A stretch of 64,000 nucleotides of DNA, from NCBI RefSeq assembly GCF_009914755.1, contig NC_060930.1; one strand, 5' to 3'. Shown here piece after piece: positions 45,001 to 62,501 of this stretch (position 1 is the first letter of the stretch; the number at the start of each line of letters is the position of its first letter). Source of the stretch: the human T2T-CHM13v2.0 reference genome, Homo sapiens. The notes under the pieces are model-generated. The model did no database searches, was not told where the DNA came from, and saw only the letters and a program-made list of their open reading frames with translations. The position numbers and the translations under genes were made by a program.

Positions 45001-45375
45001 AACAGCAAGAGCCCTGTGGTGGGTACATGCCGGATGTGACTGAGGAATTAGAAGGGTGTGGCTGGGACAGTGAAAACCAGGAGGAAAGCAGTAGGAACAA
45101 GGTCAGAGATTCTAAACGTGATTTTAAAACAAAACAGAAGTATAAACTTGATGGAGCGAATAGGTTGGTCGCATAGGGTGCTTAGGAAAGGCCAAGGTAA
45201 GGAGGTGTCAGTTGAGCTGAGACCTAAATGAGCAAAGCATGAAGATGTGAGGAGAGAACGTTCACAGCAGTGGTGACAGCGAGTGCAGTGGCTCTGGCAG
45301 GGATGAGCGTGCATGTGGCAGGTGTGCAGTGGGTGGGATGAGGCAGCGTGGTAGGACGGGGTCTCCATTATGTAG

Positions 45376-45582
45376 GGTAGTGGTCTCCACCTGGAGTGAT
45401 TTTGCCTTCCAGAGGACATTTGGCAGTGTCTAGAAACATTTCTGTGTCACGACTAGGGAAGTGCTATTGGCACCTGGTGGGCAGAGATGCTGCTAAACAT
45501 CTTACAATGTGCAGGACAGTCCCTTTCAAGACAGAATTCACTAGCTCCAAATGTCAATAGCACTAAGGTTGACAAACCCTGG
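45376..45582 (+). mobile_element. MER20
   Basis: gagtgattttgccttccagaggacatttggcagtgtctagaaacatt...ccaaatgtcaatagcactaaggttgacaaaccctg. Confidence 0.75.
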
Positions 45583-46746
45583 TGCAGGGCCTCACAAGTC
45601 ACAGTAAGAAGTCTGGGTGCTCACAGAAGCACATGCCAAGGACTTTCTAATGCCTCGTGCCTGCTGGAGTGTGATCCTTACACGTGGCACATCCAGGTCT
45701 AGAGTATGGCACATTGGGATGAAAGAGAAGGGCGCTAGGATCGGCGCTTAGAGCACAGAAGCAGGGGTAGAGGCAAAGAGGCTGTGACGAGGTCACCCTA
45801 ACCTAACTTGGAGCTAAGAGGGAGCTCCTGGAGTAGAGACAAAGGAGGTCAAATGAAGGGGGGCCATCGGGCTGTCTTCTAGCAGCTGATATCCTTCAAG
45901 AGACCAGGTGGGGCCCCTGGGTCAGGGTTGGGGAGAGGAACACCACCCCCCCCCCCACCCACTGCCACCCCCTAACGTCATAGTGAAGTGTCTGAGGGCT
46001 GGAGAACGCTGCAAGTCTGAGCAGTGTGGAAGGCACAGGTTGGGACCAGTGTGCAGACAGCTCAAGGCTCAAGAAGGACATCACCAGCAGAAACACAGGC
46101 AGAGGCTGAAGAGGAGGGACTTGGGTGGGGGTGCTCTCCTTTCAGGGGAGAGGACCCCCACACCTACCCTCACGGTACCTGGAAGATGCACATGAGGACC
46201 CAAGGGAGGCCTAAAAAATAAGAGGCTGTTTTGGGATGATCTCAGATTTGGTTCTTCCTGCAGAATGAGTTGTTCTCTGCTCCACTGGGGGTGGGGGCAC
46301 CTGGACGTCAGGCTGCCTGGCTAATGGGTCTACACAAATGACATTTCGAGTCACAAGTTATTTAATTTCTCCGCCAAAGTCAAGAAAGTCCATGGGTCTG
46401 GGGAAGTGGCTGTGATGACCAATGACTCTGGCACGCAGTTAACCCCAAGCATGCACCTCCTCCTCCCCGCATTGCTAATCTTGATGATTCATCCAGAGAG
46501 GCTGGTCTGCCTCAGTGGAAAGAAAATCTAGGTGAGGGTCTCATTACTAAGAAATGAGAAAAATGCCTCAATGTAGAGGCAGGTCAGAACCCTTCCTGGT
46601 CACTATCCAAAGAAGCTTTTCTAACTTGGGGAGGACAGATGAAGGGGACTGCCTCATAGTGACTTTGTTCTAACAAAATTTTGGATGGCATTTTCAGGTG
46701 CCTGCTTATGTGTGCACAAGCAGGCAGACACCTTCATTAATACTCT

Positions 46747-47890
<1,144 letters not shown>

Positions 47891-48109
47891 AATAATTTTT
47901 AAAATAACAGTCTTCTCCACATCTAAAACATGTTCACTGTAAAAATTTTAGAAAACAGATACAAAATAAAAAGAAGAAAAACTCCATCACTTGTTGAGAA
48001 TTATTTTTTTTTTTGCTAAACTTTTTAAGATATAGTTGAGATTATATTGTATACATAATTTTGAATCCTGCTTATAAAATAAGCATTTTGTCATGTTGTT
48101 AAAAGTTCT

Positions 48110-48421
<312 letters not shown>

Positions 48422-48852
48422 CTAGTTTTAACCATTGAATAATAATCCACTCTAACGCTACAAGAAATAGAGGTCCATATTCTCCAAGGTCTTATTTCGC
48501 TGAATACAAGTAGTTTTAAACCAGCCCCCAACACTGAATACAGGAAATTTCTGAGCACTTAATAATGAGTGCCAGGCACTCTACCCCTACCATGTAGGGT
48601 GGCTGTGGGGAGGGCTAACATTGGACTGACATAGACAAAATTTCTTTCTTTTCTACAGTCTTGGGATCTCTACACTTCACTTGGTGGAGGGTCATATTCC
48701 ACTGTTTTCAGTGAAACAGCCAAGACGAACCCTTCATTCAGTTAAGAGGAAGCTCCAGGCTCTAGTTAGGCACTGGAAGTAAAGGAAATGTGGGTTAGGT
48801 CCCAAGAAGCAGAGGTAATGTGGACAACTGAAAGGCTCCAGAATGGATACTC

Positions 48853-49064
48853 AGGGGCTGGACAACTACAGCCTGAAGGCCAATCCGCTGCCTGTTTATG
48901 TAAATAAAGCTTTATTAGAACATAGCCACACCCATTCATTTCAGTATTATCTATGGCTGCTTTCAGCTGCAACAAGCAGAGTTCAGTAGCTGCAATAGAG
49001 ACCATGGCTGCAAGCCCAAAATATGTAGTACCTGGTCCTTGAAGACAACATTGTTTGATTCCTG
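48853..49064 (-). mobile_element. MER58A
   Basis: caggggctggacaactacagcc...gtaaataaagctttattagaacatagccacacccattc. Confidence 0.75.
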
Positions 49065-49746
49065 TATTGGGAGGCCAACCATCCTCCAAAATAGATGCTC
49101 TCCCTTCTTTGGCTAAGAGTCCTCACTTAGAAGTACTCTGAAGTGTGGCCAGCCAGAGACTACATTTCCCATCTCCTCCTGCAGCAAGGTGGAACTCCCT
49201 GACCAGTTCTCTCCAATGAAATGTGGGCCAAGTAACTTGTATCGCTTTTGGGCCAAGGTGGTTAAGAAGCAGGTGAGCCTTCTCCATCTTCTGTTTCCCT
49301 TCCACCTGAATGAAGAGTCCTCATAGGCCTGTGGCAGTGTTTCTCCACCTTTTCTTCATTGTTGCCCTCCTAAGGGGACTTTTTAGACATTTTTTTTCCC
49401 TAATTACTTTCCTCCATGACATTTTCACACCACAGATATACTCTATATCTGTTTATGTACCATGTAGATGTTTGTGATTTATGCATCAAAATGTAAGATT
49501 TTTCAGCCTCCAAGATCTTTGCCCCCTTGGGCATGATACTGCCCCCATTAAAGATGCATGCTCCAGAGTATAGCAGAGTGACAGAGGCAAGGCATGTAGA
49601 TCCCTAAATTACCTTGTAGAGGAAAGCCAGTTACAACCAGAAACACTTGCATTGACTGTTACAAGGGCAAGAAATAAACTTCCTTCATGTTAAACTCCTG
49701 AAATGTGGGAGATGATTACAGCAGCTAATGTTGCCCTAACCAATAC
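49065..49746 (+). mobile_element. MLT1 (MaLR) LTR interrupted by a MER96B-like element (~49335-49560)
   Basis: actacatttcccatctcctcctgcagcaaggtgg...gaccagttctctccaatgaaatgtg ... gaaataaacttcc...ccctaaccaataca. Confidence 0.6.
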
Positions 49747-49777
49747 AAGCTTTTAATTTGATTGTTAAAAAAAGTAT

Positions 49778-50068
49778 GAGCCTGGCACACTGGCTCATGC
49801 CTGTGATCCCAGCATTTTGGGGGGCTGAGGCAGGAGGATCACTTGAGCCCAGGAGTTCGAAACTAGGCTGAACAACATAGGGAAACCCCATGTCTACAAA
49901 AAAATGTAAAAATTAACTGGGTGTGATGGTGTGTGCCTGTGGTCCCAGCTACCTGGGAGGCTGAGGTGGAAGGATTGCTTGAGCCTGGGAGGTCAAGGCC
50001 ATGATTGTGCCACTGCACTCCAGCCTGGGTGACAGAGTGAGACTGTGTTTCAAAAAAAAAAAAAAAAA
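49778..50068 (+). mobile_element. AluJ
   Basis: Dimer with polyA. Confidence 0.88.
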
Positions 50069-50083
50069 TGGTGCATTCAATAG

Positions 50084-50607
<524 letters not shown>

Positions 50608-50745
50608 TAGGACAACAATTTAAACAGATTCAAGAAGGGTTGAGATCAATTCTGAGCACAACCTATTAAAGACGAATACGTTAACTGTATTCATTTATAC
50701 CCTCTCCATTTGAACACATCACTACCAAAACAAAAGTGAAAGAAT

Positions 50746-51047
50746 TTTTTTTTTTTTTTTTGAGACTGAGTCTCGCTCTTTTGCCCAGGCTGGAGTGCAG
50801 TGGCATGATCTTGGCTCACTGCTACCTCCTCCTCCTCCCAGGTTCAAGCAATTCTCCCTACCTCAGCCTCCTGAGTAGCAAGGATTACAGGCGCCCGCCA
50901 CAACGTCCGGCTAATTTTTGTATTTTTTAGTAGAGATGGGATTTCGCCATGTTGGCGAGGCTGTCTTAAACTCCTGACCTCAGGTGATCCACCTGCCTCG
51001 GCCTCCCAAAGTGCTGGAATTACATGCGTAAGCCACCGCACCTGGCC
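50746..51047 (-). mobile_element. AluS
   Basis: Antisense dimer. Confidence 0.9.
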
Positions 51048-53352
51048 TAATAATTTTTTTTAAAAGGCATAACTTCAACAATAAAGGGAACAGGTGAGGG
51101 CTACCCAGGACAGAGATTGGGACAACTTTGTGGAAAACAGACAGAATATGGAAGATTAGAAACTGATGATGCAAGCACAGGAAGCCTGAGCTCCAGCGCT
51201 CAAATATTATGAGATTCCATTAGCCTGGCAAAATGGCCACAGGCTCATGACTCAGAGACGCCAGAACAACGGAGGGCAGGAATCAGATAGGAGGCTGAAA
51301 AGGGGGGAATTTTATAAAATCTGAAGTCAGAAGATTTGCACCCTTCATAGGTGGCTCATGAGGCAGCCAGGTTATCTATTCTTCCAAGCCAAAAAAAAAA
51401 AAAAAGGCATTTTCTTCTCTGGAGAAACTGAACTAACCAGCCCCAACCCTGAGACCCCCCTAAACCCCACCCTGAAAAAAACATTTGAGATCCAGGAAGC
51501 AGTAGAACCAATCTAGTAAAGTAGTAGAGGAAATCTCAGGTGACAGCTCTGTAGCAGACCTAGAATGAAATCAAATTTGAGAAGAATAGAGGACCCTGGG
51601 AGAAAGGGATATATAAAATACCCAACTGGCTAGAGAGTTTGAGAGAAAAAAAATGAGGATATAATAACAGCAAAGTTTTTAAAAAAAAGGCAATGAGAAA
51701 GTCTTGGAAAAATTAAAGCTGTAAAAGAAAGTATCCATAGTATATTACTTGGCTCCAAAGAGAATAACACATCAAGCATCAGGGTCACACACTTAAATGC
51801 CTTCAGCGTCATGCAAGTAAGTAAATAAATGAGCAAGTCAGGTATTGGAACACTTGCATATACTGCGAGTGGTAGGAACTGTGGCAAACTAGAGTAGGAA
51901 TGCCTATTCTAAAGGGGACAGACTCCAGCAGAGTGTTACTATATGTGGGAAGTCAGACCATATGTGCCAGAACTTCCAATTTTTAAAACAAAACCCCAAA
52001 CTCTAAATCTTTTATAAAAAAAACTCTACCAATTTTTAAATGTTGGCTGTAAGCCTAAAAAAAAATCACTAGGCAAATCAAACAAGTATGTCCAATGGTG
52101 GATTGTCAATGTGCAACTTGTCATTTATGCAATCACAATAGCATAAGCCCTATCTGCTAGTTTTTCAGCCTTTAAGATCAACCTGTAGATAAAGCATAAA
52201 AGACTGAATGGCAGCTACAAAATAAAAATGTAAATGTTTTCAATCTTAACAATGTAAAAGTAAAAGCAGAGATGACAGAAGTTGGAAAGTAGAAGGCAAA
52301 TTAGGTAAGAACGCAAATACTGCCATTTTACTGCACCGGGACTCAGGAAGTACTGTTGTTAAGAAACAAGAAATATGATAGTAAGAATCTTACTTATAAA
52401 GGTAACTAAGCAGAGGAACTATAAATAATAATACAACTTTGTTGTGAGGATGTGGGGAGGAGAGGTAGAGGGATGGTATAAGGGAGTTAAGTTGTTATCT
52501 ATCATAACAGAAAGTCAACAAGTAATTTCTAAAATAGGAGTAAAATTAAAGCACATTATTGAAAATATGGAGGTAAATGCCATAAACTAAACTAAAATAA
52601 AATAAAATTGAGTTAAAAGTGCCTCCAAGCAGTAGGTCTGGGTTAGGAAGGGAAGGGGCCAGGAGACTAATTTTTATTATAAATTCCTCCGAATGCAAAC
52701 CCCCTGCCCCAAATAAAGCAAAATGCCCTTTTCAAGAAAATAACACAGATCAATTCGTGGGGTTGTATATTGGGACAGATAACTAAGCCTGCTAAGCTTG
52801 ACTCTCAGATACTATAGAGAACGATCAAAAGAGTTTAAATAAAAATAATTTAATAAATGAACAAGTTATAGAGGTGTGGGGAGGATTAAGGCAACCAGCA
52901 ATATATGGTGCAGCATGCAGAGACTAAGTATGAGACTAAGTATGAAGGGCAAGAAGGCAGAACAGTGTTACTGTAGCCCAATGCATCTGGAGGACTGGAG
53001 CTGTAGCTGTAAAAGATAGCCGTTGCCAGAAAACTGATGAGGCTGAGAGGAAGCAGGGGGATTAACGCTCCCTGCTTTCTGCCTATTCTTGGATCTCCTA
53101 CTGGTGCCTCCTACTGGCCAAACCCAACCACACCTGGAAGGTAAAGTAAAGGAGCCTAGTTGACACAATCCACTGAGGTTGGTCTCCCAGGCCACAGCAG
53201 GGCAGAGAATGGCACTGGGAGGGGGTGGGGGGCAAGCAGAGGATAACTAGCACCTATTCTCACACTCTCCATTATCCTGCCCTCTCCATTGCCTATCTGA
53301 ATGAAAAAAAAAAATGGATTCAACAAAACATGTATTTGTCTAAGAGTGGTAA

Positions 53353-53734
<382 letters not shown>

Positions 53735-54364
53735 TCCCCCAGTTTTCATTAGGGATACTGATGGATAACTTCCATAGGTCAGCCCTGCATTCTATCATGG
53801 GAGAGAGGAAAGATACCTATGAAGCAATAATCCCAGCAATTTGACAATAGGGAAGGTGAGACAACCATGGAGAAAGACCAGGGTACAAGGTAGCATGATA
53901 AGCACCCAGTGAAAAAGTGCAATAATAGGTGCCTCCAAGCCCCAAAACCAGGAGGCAACATGTCTTAGCAGGTTTTCCTAAGCAGGTAAGCATTGGTTGG
54001 CCCCGAAGGTTGAGTGGAATTAGACAGGAGGAGGCAGCCAGTGAGACATGTTTAGGGACAGCGAGCAGGTCTACCTGGCCACAGGAGGAGTGAGAGATGG
54101 GCTGTTTGCCAGGCCAGGGTAGTGCAATGGGGGAGATCTAAATGCCAGGCTCAGGAGTTGGAACTTTATTTCAGAACAGATTGTTGCCAAAGTTTTCTGA
54201 TCAAGTGACATGTTTGAGGCAACAGGGACATTACATGGATGGGATGTGCTTGGCATTTGTTGAACCAACATCAAAGAGAAGGTAGAGACATAAAGTGGGA
54301 GACTTGCTAATCTTGGTATTCCCACAGCCTAGCACAGGGTCTGTTCCATAATTAGTGCCCAGAA

Positions 54365-56428
54365 AGAGCCAAATCAAGAATGCAATCCCGTTTACAACAG
54401 TCCACCCACCCAAATACCCAGGAATACATCTAACAAAGGAGGTGAAATATCTCTACAAGAACTACAAAACATTGCTGAACAAAATTATAGATGACACAAA
54501 CAAATGAAAAAACATTCCATGCTCTTGAATCAGAAGAATCAATATCATTAAAATGTCCATACTGCCTAAAGCAATCTATAGACTCAATGCTATTCTTATC
54601 AAATGGCCAACATCATTTTTCACAGAATTTGAAAAAACTATTGTAAAATTCATATGGAACCAAAATAAGCCCAAATAGCCAAAGCAATCCTAAGCAAAAA
54701 GAACAAAGCTGAAGGCATCACATTACCTTACTTCAAACTATACTACAAGGCTATAGTAACCAAAACAATGTGGTACTGGTACAAAAACAGATACATAGAT
54801 CAATGGAAGAGAAGAGAAAACCCAGAAATAAAGCCACACACCTACAACCAACTGATCTTCAACAAAGTCGACAAAAATAACAATGGGGAAAGAACTCCCT
54901 ATTCAATAAATAGTGCTCAGAAAACTAGCTAACCATATGCAGAAGATTAAAACTGGACCCCTATTTATCACTATATACAAAAATTAACTCAAGATGGATT
55001 AAAGACTTAAATGTAAGACCTAAAACTATAAAAATCCTAGAAGAAAACCTAGGAAATAGTCATCTGGACGTCAGCCTTGGAAAAGAATTTATGACTAAGC
55101 CCTCAAGAGCAATTGCAAGAAAAATGAAAATTGACAAGTAGGGCCTAATTAAACTAAGGAGCTTCTGCACAACAAAAGAAACTATCAACAGAGTGAACAG
55201 ACAACCTACAGAATGGGAGAAAATGTTTGCAAACTCTGCATCTGACAAAGGTCTAATATCCAGAATCTATAAGGAACTTAAATAAATCAACAAGAAAAAA
55301 AACAAATAACCCCACTAAAAAGTGGGCAAAGGCCATGAACAGACACTTCTCAAAGGAAGACATACAAGTGGCCAAAAAGCATATGAAAAAAATGCTCAAC
55401 ATCGCTAATCATCACAGAAATGCAAATCAAAGCTATAATGAGATACCATCCGACACCAGTCCAAATGGCTATTATTAAAAAGTCAAAAAATAACAGATGT
55501 TAGCGCGGCTGTGGGGAAAAGGGAATGCTTATATACTGTTGATGGGAGTGTAAATTAGTTCAGCCACCATGGAAAGCAGTTTGGAGACTTCTCAAAGAAC
55601 TAAAAATATAACTACCATTCAACTCAGCAATCCTATTACTGGATATATACCCAAAAGAAAATAAATCATTCCACCAAAAGACATATGCAACTCATATGTT
55701 CACTGCAGCATTCTTCATAATAGCAAAGACATGGAATCAACTAGATGCCCATTAACAGTGGACTGCATAAAGAAAATGTGGCACATATATGCCATGGAAT
55801 GCTATGCAGCCATAAAAAAGAATGAAATTGGTTGGGTGTGGTGACTCACACCTGTAATCCCAGCACTTTGGGAGGCTGAGGCAGGAGGATCATTTGAACC
55901 CAGGAAATCAAGACTAGGCTGGAGAACACGGTGAAACCCTGCCTCTACAAAAAAATACAAATATTAGCTGGGTGTGGTGGTGTGCACCTGTAGTCCCAGC
56001 TACTCAGAAGGCTGCGGTGGGAGGATGGATTGAATCCAGGAGTTCGAAGCTGCTGTGAGCTGTGATAGCACCACTGCACTCCAGCCTGGGGCCACAGAGC
56101 AATGAAATCACGTCCTTCACAGCAACATGGATGTAGCTGGAGGCCATTATCTTAAGTGAATGAACACAGAAGTAGAAAACCAAATACCACATGTTCTCAC
56201 TTATGAGTGGGAGCTAAACACGGGTACACATGGATGAGAACAGACACAGGGGACTACAAAATGCGGGAGGGTGGCAAGGGTTGAAAAGCTTCCTATTGGG
56301 TACTATGTTCACTACCTGGGTGATGAGTTCAATTGAAACCCAAACCTCAGCAACACACACTATACCCTTGTAACAAACCTGCACATGTACTCTCAAATCT
56401 AGAGGAAAAATTGAAATAAAAAAAAAAT
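54365..56428 (+). mobile_element. 5'-truncated older L1 (L1PB-like) with an AluJ inserted at ~55829-56100
   Basis: Degenerate ORF2 3' portion and 3'UTR, collinear with the L1PA2 copy but with stops; Alu flanked by aatgaaat. Confidence 0.85.
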
Positions 56429-58225
56429 TCAGTGCAACACTGGCCAGGTGACTGGCTTGCCAGTTGGCTGGCTGGATGGAAGGGGTGACAGGGGCCTGTA
56501 TGAGGGTGGTAGCAATGCAAATGAATCAAATGAAACACAGAATCAGTAGGTTCCAAAGCCTGGATGCTTCTCAGAGTGTGCAGGTCTGACGCCCGTCTCT
56601 CTTGGAAAGTGGGAGATTATAACACAATTGCTTTATCACTCTGCAAATATTTCCCAACTTGTGAGGGCATGTTTGGTTATTAACAGATCATGCAACAAAT
56701 TAGACACAGGAAACAAAACATGAATGACAGAAAGGTGGGTGGGGCCCAGGGCAAGAACTGGAGACCAAAGCCTCCCCTCACATATAATCCAGGAGGATGG
56801 GGCCAGACACCCTGGCTTGCTTTGCTCTAAGCTTTGATCATTCCATTCTTTATAGCCCATCTCAGGAGAGTGACAAGGAGCAAGACTCCCTTTCCATGGG
56901 GCTGTTTCTCCACCATGCACCAATGTATCATCTATTACCACAAGCTTGTTTTTAACTAATGATCTTGGCAAAAATGATAGAAAGCAAAACAATGCTCTTG
57001 TATTAGGTTCCAGAATAACAACAGCTGTTGGAACTGTTGAAAATTAAACAGCCAGACTGGTAGCCTAATAATGAATCAGAACAGTTTCCTCAAAAGGTGC
57101 CATCAACAGACAAGGGACTTTTGGGTGGTCACCTCTTCCAAACAATATAACCAACCACTTCCAATCATACGGGACTGTTGCCTCAAATGCCATAATCCTA
57201 CTGGCCAGGTGTAGAAGCATAGTATCTCTTCTAGCAGCAGGCCAAAAAATGATTTTGAGATTCTAGTCAGAATCCTTGAGACATCTAAGAATCCTCTGAT
57301 GTTATACAATGCCCACAAGTAAGGGCGGGAGGTGGGGGGAATCTGATAAACTTAATACCACCAGGATAGAGGTCAATAGTGGCTGATTCTCCACCATTCC
57401 TTCATCCAGGTAGGAGAAGGGGATGTGCTTGTTGTTCCCTGGTCCCAGAATAAGTATACCCAGTGACATCCTGCATCTGTGCCCCACTGTGCATGTCCCA
57501 AAGTGGTTTCACCCATATATCTCACAAGAACCAACCCAGAGGAGGAGCTGGGGGTTGTCCCTTTAATTCCCTTTTACAGATGGGTAAAATAAAGCACAGG
57601 TATCTGTGTAGGCAATTTGTCCGGGGTCTCAGAGAGGAGTCATTGACCCAATCTGGTCTTGGAACGTTGGTTTGCTGATGACTGGAATGCAAAGATGATG
57701 ACTTCTGTATCCCCAGATCCTAGCACAGAGCCTAGTCCATAATGAGGACCCCATAAACGTTTACTGAATAGATAACTCCGAGTGCCGAGCTATCCCATTA
57801 ACCTCCCTTAGGACTTGGTTTCTTTGTCTGCAGAGTAACAGTCTTCTTCTTTTATAAGGTTAACGTGAGGATCAAATGCATTCACACACGAAAAGCTTTA
57901 ACAACACTGTCTGGAACATAGTTGGTACTGTTATTGCTGAGGTTGTAACTGCTAAGAAAACCAAGTAAGATAAGAGGAGAGAGAACAGTTGTTTTAGAAG
58001 ACTCTTCTGAGGATGCACCATTGGAGCAAGATCTAAGTGAAGGAAAGGAGTCAGCCCTCCTGGAGCTGGGGAACAGCAGGGCAGGCAGAAGGCATGGTGG
58101 GGGTGAGGGCTTGGAGATGGACAGGTGTGAACTCGGTGTGTTTGAGGGCCAGAGGAAGTGGTAGTTTTGTAATTATCACAATCCACCTTATTATGGTTTT
58201 CATGCCCCAATTACTATCCCTAATT

Positions 58226-58545
58226 TTCTTTTTCTTTCTTTCTTTTTTTTTTTTTTTTTTGAGACAGGGTCTCATTTTGTTGTTCAGGCTGGAGGGCAGT
58301 GGTACAATCTTGGCTCACTGCAACCTCCGCCTCCCGGGTTCAGGCGATTCTCATGTGCCTCAGCCTCCTGAGTAGCTGGGACTACAGGTGCACGCTACCA
58401 TGCCCAGCTAATTTTTGTATTTTTTGGTAAAGATGGGGTTTCACTGTGTTGGCCAGGCTGGTCTTGAACTCCTGGCCTCAGGTGATCTGCCCGCCTCCGC
58501 CTCACAGAGTGCTAAGATTACAGGTATGAGCCACTGTGCCCAGCC
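58226..58545 (-). mobile_element. Alu (S/J)
   Basis: TSD actatccctaatt on both sides. Confidence 0.9.
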
Positions 58546-58587
58546 AACTATCCCTAATTAAAAAACAAACAAACAAACAAAAAAACA

Positions 58588-58842
58588 ACTTTTATTTTAG
58601 GCTCAGGAGTACCTCTGCAGGTTTGTTATGTGGGTAAACTGGTGTCACGGAGGTTTGTTGTGCAGATTATTTTATCATCCAGGCACTAAGCCTAGGAGGC
58701 AATAGTTATTTTTTCTGCTCCTCTCCCTCCTCCCAGCCTCCACCCTCAAGCAGGCCCCAGTGTCTGTTGTTCCTCTCTTTGTGTCCATGAGTTCTCATCA
58801 CTTAGCTCTCACTTTCATGTGAGAACATGCGGTATTTGGTTC
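58588..58842 (-). mobile_element. L1P (old PA) 3' end fragment
   Basis: tgcaggtttgttatgtgggtaaact...gtgagaacatgcggtatttggtt. Confidence 0.8.
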
Positions 58843-59945
58843 CTAGCCCTAATTTTTGGGAGGAAATGTGGAGTTGTCTGTCTGAACAGCAATGCCATGC
58901 TAAGCAGAGTCTTAAGGGCCACTCTGAAGGTTTGTTCAGAGCATCTTAAATAGGGCTGAAGAATCTGCTCTGCTGAAAGTTAAAAAAAATCCCTACAGCA
59001 CTGTTCACACATTTCTAAAACTGAGTTTACTTTCTAGGCCATGGGCAACCGGCTGGGGAAAATGAGGCTCCAATTCACCCTGATCCTGGAAGGCCCCCAG
59101 CTCATGCTCACCTGAGAGAAATTTACCAGCATCCACCCCAGTCAGCCTCCTCCCTGACCAGGTCTCCGGGAAGTCACTATGATAAGTGGGGAGGAAAGAG
59201 GCGAATCTATATAGCAAGCACTGGGAGAAACACACATTGGAAGCTAAGGCCCTGCCTTGAAACAACACTGTCCTGTGTCATTTGAGGCTATTCTGTGCTG
59301 TTATCACAGTGAGGACAAGACAAGTTGGACTACCTGACTTGACTCAGTGCTGGTTTGGATAAAGCATTGAATCAAGTCAGGTGGTCCAACTCGTCTTGTC
59401 CTCACTCCCACTTAGGCTCAATTGGTCAGAACGGACTTGGACAGGAACAGCCCCTCCTCTTGACACCAGCTTGGTTCCCATGGTCCTAGTGGCCAACACT
59501 ACTCCCTGAGGCCAGATGTCAGTGGCCAGGGTGGGGTGGGGGCTTGCTGAGATGACAGCCATGCTCATCCCCATCATGCCCCCTCCTGACATTCAATCTC
59601 TGCCTCTGAATCGCTCCAGTTCAAGGTGGGTCTTGGAACGCTCCAGCCAGCAGCTCCCAGGTCAATAATGTGAAGGCTCAGGTGGGGACTGCCTCTTCCC
59701 CAGGACCAACCTCCCACCCTCCAGCTGCCACCGTGCCTAAGCAACCCCCAGAAGAATTGTCCACTGTCTTCTGAAGGAACTGAGGATCACAACCTGGAAC
59801 TCAGTCACAGATGCATTTGCAGCCAGCCCATCCCTCAGGTCCAGCGAATATATAGATATAAAGGAAGTTCGGGAACAGGTCATTCTGGAGGCACACTACA
59901 CAGGAAAAAGACCGAGACATTTTACCGTTGAAAATGTACTGATTT

Positions 59946-60248
<303 letters not shown>

Positions 60249-60877
60249 CTATGTATGAACAAACAAAAAGGGGTAAATAAATTCAATGTCAACAAAACGA
60301 AAAAATTAATTTCCCTCTGCATATTAATATCCTTAATATATAAAGACAGCTTTGAAATCAATAAGAAAATAACCACACGAGCAAAAAAATGGGTTATAGG
60401 CAAGCCACAAGAGAAGAAACACAAATGGCATGAACACACAAGAAATAGTCAACCTCAGGAGACATCAGTAAAATGCAGATTAAAATAGCCTGTCAAATTG
60501 GAAAAGAATTTAAAATCATACTGCAGTGTTGGCAAGAATGTGGAGGAAACATGTATGCCAATACACTGGCTAGGGGGAAAAAGCTAGTAAACTCACCAGT
60601 ATCTATCAAAATTTCAACATGCATGCCCTCTGACCCTGGAGTCAAGTCTACAGAATATTCATGTTATATACACAAAAACATAGGTTCAAAGATATTCAGT
60701 ACTGACAAAGGTGTAAAGAAGTGGACACATTTATTGCTAATGGGAATGCAAATTAGTTATCATATTTATAAAGAGAATTTTAGCAATATGCACCAGAAAC
60801 ATCTTAAAGTTTTGCATATCCTTTGACCCAGAAATTCTTACAGAAATTCACCTGTAGGAATATGCCTAAAGATTTAG

Positions 60878-61216
<339 letters not shown>

Positions 61217-62184
61217 GATGTTTTTTTTAACGGGGAAGCTGTAGGGAGGAACAATCTAAGTGTGCAAAACACGAGACTGGGTAAATAGAAGGCACAGGCA
61301 TAGAATGGAATTCGACAAAGCTCCTCCAAAATATGCTGTAGGACTTCTGATTCAAAGACGGTAGATTGAAAGCATGTCTTTATCTCCTTTCCCTTCTCAG
61401 ATTCCACTAAAATGACGGTTTACAGGAAAGAGGCAATTAGCAACAAATTATAGGGAGACCACAAATGGATGGGAGTGGTAACTGAGGCAGCAGGACAGGA
61501 CACTCACAGAGAAGGATGTGCATAAGAAGAATGTGATCTGCTTGGTGAAGTCCAGAGAGTGAGAGAAGCAGCAAGGAAGCCAGGGGAGTGCAGGGTGGGG
61601 ACTGAGATGAGGCTAGAGATGGGACTAACTGAAAGTCAGAAGGCAGGAGACTAAGACCTGCAGAGACTCTCCCTCCCTCCACCTGCCTGCACTTTGCAGA
61701 TGTGCGAGTGGAGGTTCCTGCTCGGGATTAACTGACTGGCAACTAGGTCACCCCAAGTACCAGCCCGTTCCCTGGGGATCGCCCACCGGATAACCACTAA
61801 GTCAGAGGGGTCAGAGGTATAGATCCCGCAGAATGAAGGGCCACTGGGTGCTGCAGATCCCTAAGCGGGGAAGAGGCTGGGATTCAGCAGCTGGGGCAGA
61901 ATCAGACACTAATTAGCCAGGGGAGGGCACCCTGTGAGCCACAGGGCTGGGTGCTGGGTGCTGTTCCTTCTAGCTCTGACATTCCATGCCACTGAGTTCC
62001 AGGTGAAGCTGGCCTAGCAGCGCTGCCAGGGGCACACATACCCCAGGCCCACGCGGGCCATGTGGCTGGCCCTTCCACCCCCAGCCTCCCTTTCCCTTGA
62101 GCTCTGCCCCAAAGAGTTAGGAATGAGGAGTTTGTAAAATATGTGTCACTGGCCATTCTTGCCCTGAAAAATCAGGAAATATTC

Positions 62185-62501
<317 letters not shown>

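Noticed and set aside
52920-52945. 12-bp tandem duplication gagactaagtat x2
   Set aside because: Ordinary slippage duplication inside an old repeat.
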